Below, piece after piece: positions 1 through 12,200 of a DNA stretch of 64,000 nucleotides; within the stretch, counting starts at the first letter, position 1; the number at the start of each line of letters is the position of its first letter. Both the position numbers and the translations under genes were made by a program. Below the pieces are notes generated by a model. That model was not told where the DNA came from. It did no database searches and saw only the letters and a program-made list of their open reading frames with translations. Origin of the DNA: Macrostomum hystrix (taxonomy: Eukaryota; Animalia; Platyhelminthes); contig CATNEN010000024.1 of the NCBI GenBank assembly GCA_950097015.1, forward strand, positions 6,386,001 through 6,450,000, in the 5' to 3' direction.

Positions 1-339
1 ATCCATGCATACATACACATGATTGTCACGAGGTAATAAAACAATGGTACATTATCTTCAGTGCGAGCGCCCACTAAAAACGATTTATTTAGCTAAAATT
101 ACTTTAGCTGAGATTTAATTAATCGTCTAATTACGAGGATTATCGTAATTATCAATTTGAACTGACCATTAATTTGTGAATGAGAGGAATTATTATCCTG
201 GAATGAATTGGATTATTAAAGCGGGTTTCTGGATGAAAGAAGATAAAGAGGCTAAAAATGACAATAGTATCTAAGAAACATAAACACATTGGAGTTTATA
301 AAATATGGTAAGATTGAGTGCATTAGGGGTAAGAAAAGA

Positions 340-680
340 TGTGAAGATTGAGTGGAAGAGGGGTAAGAATAGATGAGAAGATTGAGTGGGTGAGGGGTGA
401 GAATAGACGAGAGAAGATTGAGGGGTGAGGAGTGAGAATGGACGAGAAGATTGAGTGGGTGAGGGGTGAGAATAGACGAGAAGATTGAGTGGGTGGGGGT
501 GAGAATAGACGAGAAGATTGAGTGGGTGAGGGGTGAGAATAGATGAGAAGATTGAGTGGGTGAGGGGTGAGAATAGATGAGAAGATTGAGTGGGTGAGGG
601 TGAGAATAGACGAGAAGATTGAGTGGATGAGGGGTGAGAATAGATAAGAAGATTGAGTGGATGCGAACAAGGTGAGAATA
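340..680. repeat. 34-bp minisatellite GAGAAGATTGAGTGGGTGAGGGGTGAGAATAGAC
   Basis: About 10 tandem copies just downstream of the C1GALT1 stop. Confidence 0.9.
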
Positions 681-754
681 GAATGTCGGGCTATATGTGA
701 TTGTCGGTGAGAGTAGATAAGACAGAAGGCAGAATTGCCTATAATATAGAAAGC

Positions 755-3498
755 CTAGGCCCTGCCGTGCACCCCAGTGTGGCTAGTCAGCGGAATGCCC
801 TTGACGCCGCTGTGAACAGAGTCTGGCGACACTCCGAAGGCTCTCAGCTGATAGATGAAATAGTGCATTGTTAGCATGTCCACTGGTTTGATGTAGTGGA
901 ATGAGATCGCCGTGGAACTGCAGCACTCCAGGCCCTGCGTTTGTTAAGGACAATAAAGGTCGCTCATAGTTACTATCTATTCTCATGTTTAAACCAGCGT
1001 TATGTATAACAGGTGTTAGTTATCAAGGGATCGGTGAGAGAGGTAAAAAGACATGTGAGAGAGGAAGAGGATTATGTGAAATATCCTCAAATAGGTAGAT
1101 TGATAGGTGACAAAGGTAGATTGATAGGTGAGAGAGGTAGAAAGATAGGTGAGAGAGGTTGAAAGACAGGTGAGAAAGGTTGAAAGATACGTGAGAGGGG
1201 TAGAAAGATAGGTGAGAGAGGTAGAGGGATAGGTGAGAGAGGTAGAGGGATAGGTGAGAGTGGTAGAGGGATAGGTGAGAGAGGTAGAGGGATTAGTTAA
1301 GAGGGGTAAAGGTATTAGTTGAGAGTGGTAGAGGGATAGCTGAGAGTGGTAGAGGGATAGGTGAGAGTGGTAGAGGGATAGGTGAGAGTGGTAGAGGGTC
1401 AGGCGAGAGATCGATAGATAAGTGAGAACTGAGCAAGAAAGGGACGAAGGCGTTATTAGAGAAGGGAGAATGAAGAGGGAAAAGAGGATGTGGAGGGCAG
1501 GTGTTAAGGACTGACTCACCACTTTGATTGGGTGGTAGTTGTACTTCCACAGCCAGAAGTCCTTGGGCCATTTGGCGTAGTCGATGTGACTAGCGGCGTC
1601 GAACGGGTGAAAGCGCTCCCGGCCCTTCTCGTCTATGGAGTCCAGTATGCTCACACCAACGTTCTCCAGGCACTGGCCTGGAGTTGGGATAACCATTGTT
1701 TTGCAATCGTTTGTTCTCAGGTAAATTTGGGATCTAGTCTTCACAGTTCTCAGGTAAATTTGGGATCTAGTCTTCACAGTTCTCAGGTAAATTTGGGATC
1801 TAGTCTTCACAGTTCTCAGGTAAATTTGGGATCGGATCTTCACAGTTCTCAGGTGAGAAGTTGAGATTTAGTCCCCGCTATTCCCGTGCGAATCTGTGAT
1901 CGAATCCCTGCATGCAATTTGCAGATTCTCACGAGTTCGCCATAGACTCACCCATATTCACATCCTCTGCTCCGCCGTGTTTTCTACAGAAGTTGTTCTC
2001 AGTCCTGAAGGCCTTCTCAACCAGGGCCTTGACTGCGGCTCTAGATAGAACGTAGCTGCCGCCGCCGGACATGTAGCCGTGCTTGGTGTAGGGCCGGAAT
2101 CGGCGCCCGGCAAAGACAGGCTCCGAGGCCTTGGTGTTTCTTAGAAAATAGCGCAGGTTGTCCACTATTATGTATGAGTCGTCGTCTGCCTTTAGGAAGA
2201 AGTCGAAATCGTTGAGATATTTCTCGTAGATGTGCAGGTAGGCAGCCTGGGTCTTGTCCCACAGGTTGTCGCGGTCCTCTTTAAGCTTCATCGCTGTCAC
2301 GGAGGATCGAGAATCTTGAATACTTTTATTATATTTTCATCGAGTACTGCAGCGAATTTGGTGTTATATCCCGCAGTCCTTAAAAATAATGCTATATCCC
2401 GGAGTCCTTCACTGAATCTAATGTTATTTCCCGCAGTCCTTCACTGAATCTAATGTTATTTCCCGCAGTCCTTCACTGAATCTAATGTTATTTCCTGCAG
2501 TCCTTCACTGAATCTAATGTTATATCCCGCAGTCCATCACTGAATCTAATGTTATTTCCCGCAGTCCATCACTGAATCTAATGTTATTTCCCGCAGTCCT
2601 TCACTAAATCTAATTTTATGTCCCGCAGTCCATCACTGAATAGAATGCTATATCCCACAGTCCTTCACTGAATAGAATGCTATATCCCGAAGTCCTTCAC
2701 TGAATAGAATGCTATATCCCGCAGTCCTTCACTGAATAGAATGCTATATCCCGCAGTCCTTCACTGAATAGAATGCTATATCCCGCAGTCCTTCACTGAA
2801 TAGAATGGCACTAAACGGGCTGTGCAGTCTCCGCTCCAGGCACACATTGTATTTTCAATTCCTCATTTCGCTTCATTGCCCTATTCTGAGTAGAAAGTTT
2901 TGTATCTAGAATACCCTCTTATTTGTATTGAATGTAAATCCTAGTTCCAACTAACATTAAGCGGTCTCGTTGCTATTGGTTACGAGATCTTAGGTGAGAG
3001 GTATAACTTTGTCTCGAATTCTCCTCCCCACTACGCCAAGATAGGGCCTGAACTGGTTCTCCAGACAATGCTCCCGCTGAACAGGTAAAGCGATAACTCA
3101 CACACTAGCGGCAGGCCCTCCGGCTTGGCATTGCCGGTGTCCGAGGAGAAGAAAAAATAGCCGTCACACCTGGGCGCCCAGGTGGAGTTGACAGCCAGGG
3201 CCTTGCTGTCGTAGTTGGACGGCTGGGTCATGATCCAGCACAGAATGCGCACCCGACTGCTCAGCTCAGCGTCAGTCGGGCTGTCGTGCTGCTGCTGGTG
3301 CTGGTGCTGCTGCTGTCGATGATGCTGCTGATGCTGCTGCTGCTCAGCGTTGGATTCTGAGGCGTAGTGAAACGAATATGGCAGGTGGAGCGAGCTGCGA
3401 TTCTGCGACACCAGCAGCGCTAGCAGACTGCAGAGCAGCACAACCATGACCAGCAGGAAGCAGGCCAGGCAAATACGCCGAAGTCTCATGGGAAACAT
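755..3498 (-). CDS. C1GALT1: Core 1 beta-1,3-galactosyltransferase (T-synthase)-like, GT31; exons 3498-3102, 2293-1952, 1677-1520, 934-755; 358 aa
   Basis: Type II TM N-terminus; RILCWIMT, WAPRCD, DNLWDKT, FLKADDDSY, GYMSGGGSYVLS, GAEDVNMGQCL, ERFHPF and CCSSTAISFHY motifs; GT-AG junctions give one open frame ending at TAG 755-757. Confidence 0.93.
1090..1400. repeat. 21-bp minisatellite GATAGGTGAGAGAGGTAGAGG (C1GALT1 intron 3)
   Basis: Tandem copies, degenerate at the left edge. Confidence 0.9.
1713..1856. repeat. 33-bp minisatellite GTTCTCAGGTAAATTTGGGATCTAGTCTTCACA (C1GALT1 intron 2)
   Basis: About 4 near-identical copies. Confidence 0.92.
2366..2808. repeat. 32-bp minisatellite CCCGCAGTCCTTCACTGAATCTAATGTTATTT (C1GALT1 intron 1)
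   Basis: About 14 copies; the variant changes from left to right (TCTAATG to TAGAATG). Confidence 0.92.
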
Positions 3499-3499
3499 A

Positions 3500-3581
3500 G
3501 TGCTGCTGTAGCTGCTTCTGCTGCTGCTTCAGTAGCTAGTGTCTCTGCTTTTCTCGGTATCGCCGCTGCTGTAGCTGCTGC

Positions 3582-3615
<34 letters not shown>

Positions 3616-3660
3616 TCAGTGGCTGTTGTCTCCGCTTTTCTCGGTATCGCCGCTGTTGTA

Positions 3661-3694
<34 letters not shown>

Positions 3695-3813
3695 CAGTGG
3701 CTGTTGTCTCCGCTTTTCTCGGTATCGCCGCTGCTGTAGCTGCTGCTGCTGCTGCTACTGCTGCTGCTTCAGTGGCTGTTGTCTCCGCTTTTCTCGGTAT
3801 CGCCGCTGCTGTA

Positions 3814-3849
<36 letters not shown>

Positions 3850-3902
3850 GTAGCTGCTGTCTCAGCTTTTCTCGGTATCGCCGCTGCTGTAGCTGCTGCT
3901 GC

Positions 3903-3939
<37 letters not shown>

Positions 3940-4012
3940 GTAGCTGCTGTCTCAGCTTTTCTCGGTATCGCCGCTGCTGTAGCTGCTGCTGCTGTTGCTG
4001 CTACTGCTGCTG
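3500..4012. repeat. Compound repeat: constant GTCTC(C/A)GCTTTTCTCGGTATCGCCGCTG block alternating with variable-length (GCT)n
   Basis: Seven blocks immediately 5' of the C1GALT1 ATG. Confidence 0.92.
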
Positions 4013-4585
4013 TGCGTGCAGAGCCTCTTACGCAGCGGGAGCAGGCCAGCCTTTCATCAATCTAGTGCAATCGAGTCATCTGTTAACAAAAAGGAGGTTG
4101 GAAAGAAAGCCTTAACGTGGTCTGCAGTGCCAGCCACTGTACAAGCCCTGTCCCATTGTTTCTGGCCTCTGGTTGCCCCCGCCTTGAAAAGTCGTATGTA
4201 CGCCGTTGTGCACTTACTTCACTAGGACTGACCCAGCTCTCTCCTTCCAGCCAGCCAATTATCAGCTATCTGCAGGCTCTACCCCCGCTATAGCCCCCGC
4301 GCCTCACCAGGCTAAGCTTGTAGTGAGTTTTATCGCAATGTTAATGCAGCTCTGGCGGGGTTCTACTATACTGTGAAAGATAATGCGATCTCGAATCTAT
4401 GAGGTTCACTTGGAAAAACTCTTTGCTGTAAAACGAAACGAATGATCAGAATGACGCGAGACAAAAAACATCTTCTAATTCTGCAACTTGCTTCCGAGGA
4501 CTTAGTAATTCATGCGCAAACTGGATTGGTTTGATGGCAAGCAGTAGTACACTTCGAACATGCTTTTCGCATTTTGTATTCGCAG

Positions 4586-4897
4586 AGGTTGTAGCCTAGT
4601 GGCTAGGGCGTCGGACTAACGACTTGAAGGTCGGGGGTTCGATTCCTGACTCCACTGGAACAATTTGTGTCATTTAGCAAGACACTTAACTCTGCATTGC
4701 TTCAGTTCACCCAGCTGTTAAATGGGTACCAGCATCAGCTGGGATAATTGAAGGTGGGTGTAGCGTCGCCCCAGTCCGTGGACTGAACAGCTGTACGCAG
4801 CCTTCAGATGCGCCGCGCATTAGCTGCGGCTGTGCTGTCGGCTGCACATCTGACCCAACTGGGGCAGGTGGAATCAATTATTAATAATTATTACTAT
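4586..4897 (+). mobile_element. tRNA-derived SINE, family A, full length with 9-bp target-site duplication
   Basis: A box TAGCCTAGTGG (4592), B box GGTTCGATTCC (4636), central GCAAGACACTTAAC...CACCCAGCTGTTAAATGGGTACC, ATT-rich tail; TATTCGCAG direct repeats at 4577-4585 and 4898-4906; inverted copy at 33655-33952. Confidence 0.88.
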
Positions 4898-5019
4898 TAT
4901 TCGCAGTATGGAGTCAGTAGTAGTGTGCAGTGTGTTTAGTTTAGGGAACGTGTGGAATGTGCCATGTATGGAGTGTTCAGCTAGGGGAATCTGTAAATTA
5001 ATGAAATGGAATGGAATGG

Positions 5020-5742
5020 GCTGTTTAGTGAATGTGTAATTCATGTAATGTGTAATGTAGGGAATGTGTAATTAATTTAATATAAAGTTTAGGGAACGTG
5101 TAAATTATGGAATGTGGAGTTTATGGAATTTGCAGTGTTAGGAATGTTTAATTTATTGAATGTGCTGTTTAGGGAATGTGTAATTCATGGAATGTGGCTC
5201 TTAGGGAATGTGTAATTCATGGAATGTGCTGTTTAGGGAATGTGTAATTCATGGAATGTGCTGTTTAGGGAATGTGTAATTCATGGAATGTGCTGTTTAG
5301 GGAATGTGTAATTCATGGAATGTGCCTCTTAGGGAATGTGTAATTCATGGAATGTGTAATTCATGGAATGTGCCTCTTAGGGAATGTGTAATTCATGGAA
5401 TGTGTAATTCATGGAATGTGCCTCTTAGGGAATGTGTAATTCATGGAATGTATAATTCATGGAATGTGTAATTCATGGAATGTGCCTCTTAGGGAATGTG
5501 TAATTCATGGAATGTGTAATTCATGGAATGTGTAATTCATGGAATGTGTAATTCATGGAATGTGCTGTTTAGGGAATGTGTAATTCATGGAATGTGCCTC
5601 TTAGGGAATGTGTAATTCATGGAATGTGTAATTCATGGAATGTGTAATTCATGGAATGTGTAATTCATGGAATGTGTAATTCATGGAATGTGCTGTTTAG
5701 GGAATGTGTAATTCATGGAATGTGCCTCTTAGGGAATGTGTA
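5020..5742. repeat. 16/32-bp minisatellite GGAATGTGTAATTCAT / GGAATGTGCTGTTTAG
   Basis: Roughly 40 16-bp modules in a mixed order. Confidence 0.92.
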
Positions 5743-6308
5743 AAGTGCGGTACCCGCTGAGAAAGTGCTAAATTTCAGTGAGAATTTGCATCGCAACAAA
5801 AATTATTCTTTCCAACCCTTCTAAAGTGAAGAGAAACTGTGAAATCCTTTCATTTTTAACAGTTACCTGTCAGTTTTATATAATTTCTGTAGCTAACAGG
5901 CGTTATCCATTGTTCTGAAGGTCCATTGCTTTTTCAAATAATCAGGTGCCAGAGAAAAGCACTAGCCTTGTATATCGATAGTATGCGACCAGCGCCACTT
6001 CACCCTAAAGAAGCTTCCATAGGCCCTGAAAATAATTCTTTCGCATCTGCTTTAAGTCAGGTCGCTTAGAAGGGGTTCAAACACTCGAAAAGGACGCCCT
6101 GGCCGACAGTGTCATCAGCCATATCGCAGAGTGAACGTCTCATTTTTTCTAACTAGAAATTTTCTTCCTTTAATCAGCTTCCTTTAAAAGGAATTTGCAA
6201 GTCTCTCTGTCAATCTGAACATCGAAATCTGTGCATAAAATGCCACTCCGAAAGTCATTGAGACTGCAGCCAGCTGATGGGAGATGCCTTCCCATGTTTG
6301 CGAGTGAA

Positions 6309-6968
6309 GCTGCCAATCTTCAGGGTCTAGTCCTCGGTAGCTGCCAGCCTTCAGGGTCTAGTCCTCGGTAGCTGCCAGCCTTCAGGGTCTAGTCCTCTGT
6401 AGCTGCCAGCCTTCAGGGTCTTAGCTGCCAGCCTTCAGGGTCTTAGCTGCCAGCCTTCAGGGTCTAGTCCTCTGTTGCTGCCAGCCTTCAGCGTCTAGTC
6501 CTCGGTAGCTGCCAGCCTTTAGGTTCTTAGCTGCCAACCTTCAGGGTCTTAGCTGCCAGCCTTCAGGGTCTTTGCTGCCAGCCTTCAGGTTCTTAGCTGC
6601 CAGCCTTCAGGGTCTTAGCTGCCTGCCTTCAGGGTCTTTGCTGCCGACCTTCTGGATCTTAGCTGCCAGCCTTCAGGGTCTTAGCTGCCAGCCTTCAGGG
6701 TCTTAGCTGCCAACCTTCAGGGTATTTGCTGCCGACCTTCTGGATCTTAGCTGCCAGCCTTCAGGGTCTTAGCTGCCAGCCTTCAGGGTCTTTGCTGCCG
6801 ACCTTCTGGATCTTAGCTGCCAGCCTTCAGGGTCTTAGCTGCCAGCCTTCAGGGTCTTAGCTGCCAACCTTCAGGGTATTTGCTGCCAGCCTTCAGGGTC
6901 TTTGCTGCCAGCCTTCAGGGTCTTAACTGCCAGCCTTCAGGGTCTTAGCTGCCAGCCTTCAGGGTCTT
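6309..6968. repeat. 22-bp minisatellite AGCTGCCAGCCTTCAGGGTCTT (29-bp variant at the left end)
   Basis: Tandem array ending about 60 nt upstream of tRNA-Arg. Confidence 0.92.
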
Positions 6969-7028
6969 ATGGAGCTGCTATAAAGCACTGTCGCGTTCGA
7001 GTTTATCCAAAGTTAACTATCTGGCGTG

Positions 7029-7101
7029 GGCCGCGTGGCGCAATGGATAACGCGTCTGACTACGGATCAGAAGATTCCAGGTTCGAGTCCTGGTGTGGTC
7101 G
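7029..7101 (+). tRNA. tRNA-Arg(ACG)
   Basis: GGCCGCGTGGCGCAATGGATAACGCGTCTGACTACGGATCAGAAGATTCCAGGTTCGAGTCCTGGTGTGGTCG, 73 nt. Anticodon arm TCTGA-CT-ACG-GA-TCAGA, T arm CCAGG-TTCGAGT-CCTGG, and a TTTTT run about 20 nt downstream. Confidence 0.93.
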
Positions 7102-7944
7102 AAATAGAGTATTAATTAACGATTTTTAAAGAAGACTTGGGAGTTTATTGGCATTTTTGGGCAGACATTATAGGTAAAAAAAATTAAAATGATAAAAAAA
7201 TTGACCGAGCTTATTAAACTTAAAATTTAAATCCTCAGTGGCATCGATTACATTTTTCTTAATCCGATATGTTGCGAAAAAGACGAAAACCTGCTAAATG
7301 GTTATCAAAGTAAAAAAATTTAATTTCTCGAAGCTGTTCAATTACAATAGACACGTAAACATTTATATTTACTGACGTTATTTCTAATTGTACGAATTTC
7401 TAGACAAAATATCATATTTGTATATATTTGTATTATATCTGAAGATCGTTACATAAAGTTAGAAATTGTAGCTCAGAAAGCACTTAAGGCACTTACCTCT
7501 TGTAGGAGTTCAAGTGAGAAAATGTCAAATTGGTTTTAAAAATTGTAGACCTCTTCTTGTTAATGGTAGAGGTCAGTCAGCGAGGAAGAATCAGTCCGAA
7601 ATTTCTGCAGCCAGTGAAGGAAATAATCCTCGCAACATATCCTCCTTGCAATGATCCGTGCGCAAACTGGGCTGGTGGCATCTGAATCTGGACAGACAGG
7701 TAGGAGATTCAAAAATCGAAAGCTACGGACCACAACCCGGCCAGTAGGCATTGCTGAAAGCATCACCGAGTGCGCCTGATTCAGTTCAGTGAAGAATGTA
7801 CATATCCGATGTGTCTGCACAATTTTACCAGTGCGTTTTCTGGGGGGGTAAAGAGACATCGTGTTGAACATGCTAGGAATTGAGGGCTTGAGATATAATA
7901 TAGGTGAACAGATGCACGAGACTACGGTAGATGAAAAGAGGGGA

Positions 7945-8765
7945 AGGAAAGATGGAAGGAGCGAGGCGGGAATGGAAGAGCGGGGCGGAAAATGGAAGGA
8001 GCGGGGCGGGAAATGGAAGAGCGGGGCGGAAAATGGAAGGAGCGGGGCGGAAGATGGAAGGAGCGGTGGCAAAAGGTGGAAAGAGCGGAGCGGAAGATGG
8101 AAGGAGCGGTGGCAAAAGGTGGAAAGAGCGGAGCGGAAGATGGAAGGAGCGGTGGCAAAAGGTGGAAAGAGCGGAGCGGAAGATGGAAGGAGCGGTGGCA
8201 AAAGGTGGAAAGAGCGGAGCGGAAGATGGAAGGAGCGGGGCGGAAGATGGAAGGAGCGGTGGCAAAAGGTGGAAAGAGCGGAGCGGAAGATGGAAGGAGC
8301 GGTGGCAAAAGGTGGAAAGAGCGGAGCGGAAGATGGAAGGAGCGGTGGCAAAAGGTGGAAAGAGCGGAGCGGAAGATGGAAGGAGCGGGGCGGAAGATGG
8401 AAGGAGCGGTGGCAAAAGGTGGAAAGAGCGGAGCGGAAGATGGAAGGAGCGGTGGCAAAAGGTGGAAAGAGCGGAGCGGAAGATGGAAGGAGCGGTGGCA
8501 AAAGGTGGAAAGAGCGGAGCGGAAGATGGAAGGAGCGGGGCAAAAGGTGGAAAGAGCGGAGCGGAAGATGGAAGGAGCGGGGCAAAAGATGGAAGGAGCG
8601 GAGCGGAAGATGGAAGGAGCGGGGCAAAAGATGGAAGCAGCGGGGCGGAAAATGGAAGGAGCGGGGCAAAAGATGGAAGCAGCGGGGCGGAAAATGGAAG
8701 GAGCGGGGCAAAAGGTGGAAAGAGCGGAGCGGAAGATGGAAGGAGCGAGGCGGAAAATGGAAGGA
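7945..8765. repeat. 21/22-bp purine-rich minisatellite GGAAGGAGCGGGGCGGAAGAT, with a 43-bp dimer
   Basis: The array produces the six-frame pseudo-ORFs at 7560-8839. Confidence 0.92.
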
Positions 8766-9230
8766 AAGGAAAGCAAAATGTATTGACTGTAAAAATAATT
8801 TAAAAAATCGAGTGCCGATAAGCAGTTGAATTGCCACACTTCTTTATGCTGAATAAATAATTAATTTTATCGCTATTTAAATGGGAGACATTCAGCTTTC
8901 CAACATAAACTACAGCAAATGAATTTGACATTAACTATAACAGGTGCATGTGACTATTTTATATGTTTGTTGTTCAACAATTGGATTTTTAAAAGTACAG
9001 ATGTTTTTCTGGATATAGCATTGGCTCGTACAGGTTTTGAAACCAAGCACAATAACCCATATTTACTGGAATGAAACAATTGTACTTAATACATTTACGC
9101 AGGCAAGCCCATGTGCTTACTGCATTTCATGAACCGAAATAAGACTACTAATTACAGGAGTGAATCAGCTAGATATCAACAGACTGTTAGACAGATGTCA
9201 GCAACTGTTAGACAGACTGTTAAATGTTAT

Positions 9231-12200
9231 TCAGTTATTTGTCGACGTTCGGCCACGCCGCCGCAGGCTGATCCTGCCGAACAGGCTGGCCGCCCGGCCG
9301 CGCCGACGCCGGCGCTGCTGCTCCTCCTGCTGCTCCTGCCGGGCGATGCTGGCGAAGGCGTCGCTGTCGGGCAGAGTGGACGAGTCGGCGGCTACAGCCG
9401 CTCTCGGAGGCAGGCAGGCCCGCTGATCGTCGATCCGGGACGCCTGGTGTCTGGCGAGCATGTCGAAGAACGCTTCGTTGGACTCGTCACGGCCACTCGG
9501 AGCTGCTGAAGTTTGCGGCGGCGGCGGCGTCGGCTCCGTTGATGACGGCGGCGGCAGATGCGGCGGACTAGCGCGCTGTTCGTCCATTCGTCGGCCCTGG
9601 CAGCGGCTGACGAGGTCCCAGAATGCGGCCTGCTGGCGCCGGTCGAGCTCGCTGTCAAAGGCGACTGCACTCTGACGGTCGTTGTGCTTGATGCCTCCGA
9701 CGGCGCTGCTGTTGCTGGCTTCACCGCAGCTGACCGAGGCCCGTCGCACCGCCGTTCGACCAGCATCCGCAGAGGCTTCGGCTGCTTCGACGCCGACATC
9801 GGGGCGACGAACCAGACGACGCAGATCGGCCAAGCTGAGCTGGGCACTCTCAACACCGGCGATGTCGCCGAGCTCCTGGCAGAGGGCTAAGCGTCTCTCA
9901 GCGTAGTAGCTCGCCCTGTTTCCAAGATTCGAGTTTAAACTGAATCCCTTGTCACTCCCCCTGAATCACTTGTCACCCCCACTGAATCCCTTGTCACTCC
10001 CCCTGAATCCCTTGTCGCTCCCTGAATTCCTTGTCACTCCCACTGAATCCCTTGTCACTCCCCCTGATTCCCTTGTCACTCCCACTGAATCCCTTGCCAC
10101 TCCCACTGAATCCCTTGTCACTCCCCCTGAATCCCTTGTCGCTCCCTGAATTCCTTGTCACTCCCACTGAATCACTTGTCACTCCCACTGAATCCCTTGT
10201 CACTCCCCCTGAATCCCTTGTCGCTCCCTGAATTCCTTGTCACTCCCACTGAATCCCTTGTCACTCCCCCTGATTCCCTTGTCACTCCCACTGAATCCCT
10301 TGCCACTCCCACTGAATCCCTTGTCACTCCCCCTGAATCCCTTGTCGCTCCCTGAATTCCTTGTCACTCCCACTGAATCCCTTGTCACTCCCCCTGAATC
10401 CCTTGTCACTCCCCCTGATTCCCTTGTCACTCCCACTGAATCCCTTGCCACTCCCACTGAATCCCTTGTCACTACCCCTGATTCCCTTGTCACTCCCACT
10501 GAATCCCTTGTCACCCCCCCTGATTCCCTTGTCACTCCCACTGAATCCCTTGTCACTCCCCCTGATTCCCTTGTCACTCCCACTGAATCCCTTGTCACTC
10601 CCACTGAATCCCTTGTCACTCCCCCTGAATCCCTTGTCGCTCCCTGAATCCCTTGTCACTCCCACTGAATCCCTTGTCACTCCCCCTGATTCCCTTGTCA
10701 CTCCCACTGAATCCCTTTTTGCTTCTTCTAAATCGCTCTTGAACTCTCCAGCGGGGGGATTCATTAGGCAAAAACTCCCAACGCGCTACTCATCCAGTTA
10801 AGCATAAGCAGTAAGTTGTGACAGGCGGGCACTGCAAACCTGGCGTAGTCTCCCAGGCTGGTGCAGGCGTTGCTAAGCGACAAGCAGGCCTGGCTGGCCC
10901 CCAGCCGGTCTCCAAGTTGGTCGGCAATGTCCAGGTGCCGCTCGTGACTTGCCACCGCTCCTGCATAGTCTCGCATGAGGGTGCGCGCGTTGCCTAGCAA
11001 CCAGCAGGCCTGCGCCTCCAACGCCGGCTGGGCCGCCAGCCGCAGGCAGCGCTCGAACTGCTCAGAAGCCGCCGGGAGGTCGCCAAGAACCACACTGGCG
11101 TTGCCGAGATCTCGGCACGCCAGCAGCTCGGCCTCGGCGTCGTCGGTTGCCATGGCAACGGCAAGACGCTCGCTGTGACAGTCGGCTGCGGCGCGGTGCT
11201 CGCCAAGCAGGTGGTAGGCGCTGCCCAGCCTGGCGCAGGCGCGCATGACGGCGCGACGATCGCCGAGCTCCCTAGCCAGCAGCAGCGCCTGACTGAAGTG
11301 CTCCGCCGACTGAACCAGGAACCGGCGCGGCTGCTCCTCCGTGGCGGGCCAAGCCGACGATGTCGCGGACGCCGACGTCGATGACAAAGTCGACGCCGAT
11401 GATTGCAAAGGAGGTGCGAGCTCCGCGTCGCCGTCTCGCCTTGCCTGGGCGTGGCGCAGGGCCCCCAGACTGGTGTGAGCGCGGATCTGCGTTGCCTGCG
11501 AATTGGTGTGGAATCAAGTCTCATGTCCCACTAATTCACTCAATCAAGTCTCATGTCTCACTTGCTGACTCAATCAAGTCTCATGTCTCACTTGCTGACT
11601 CAATCAAGTCTCATCTCCCACTCATTCACTCAATTGAGTCTTATCTCCCACTCATTCACCCAATCAAGTCTCATCTCCGACTCATTCACTCAATCAAGTC
11701 TCATGTCCCACTCATTCACTCAATCAAGTCTCATGTCCCACTCATTCACTCAATCAAGTCTCATGTCCCACTCATTCACTCAATCAAGTCTCATGTCCCA
11801 CTCATTCACTCAATCAAGTCTCATCTCCCACTCATTCACCCAATCAAGTCTCATCTCCCACTCATTCACTCAATTGAGTCTCATCTCCCACTCATTCACT
11901 CAATCAAGTCTCATCTCCCACTCATTCACTCAATCAAGTCTCATCTCCCACTCATTCACTCAATCAAGTCTCATCTCCCACTCATTCACTCAATCAAGTC
12001 TCATCTCCCACTCATTCACTCAATCAAGTCTCATGTCCCACTCATTCACTCAATCAAGTCTCATGTCCCACTCATTCACTCAATCAAGTCTCATGTCCCA
12101 CTCATTCACTCAATCAAGTCTCATCTCCCACTCATTCACTCAATCAAGTCTCATGTCCCACTCATTCACTCAATCAAGTCTCATGTCCCACTCATTCACT

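Noticed and set aside
3619-4065. Plus-strand poly-Ala ORF
   Set aside because: Starts at GTG, derives from the (GCT)n compound repeat and is antisense to the C1GALT1 leader.
5750-7860. GC-moderate stretches at 5900-6300 and 7560-7860 as gene or transposon fragments
   Set aside because: All frames I translated are short and resemble nothing I recognise.
7560-8839. Long six-frame ORFs (264-425 aa)
   Set aside because: They are translations of a stop-free 21/22-bp minisatellite, open in several frames on both strands.
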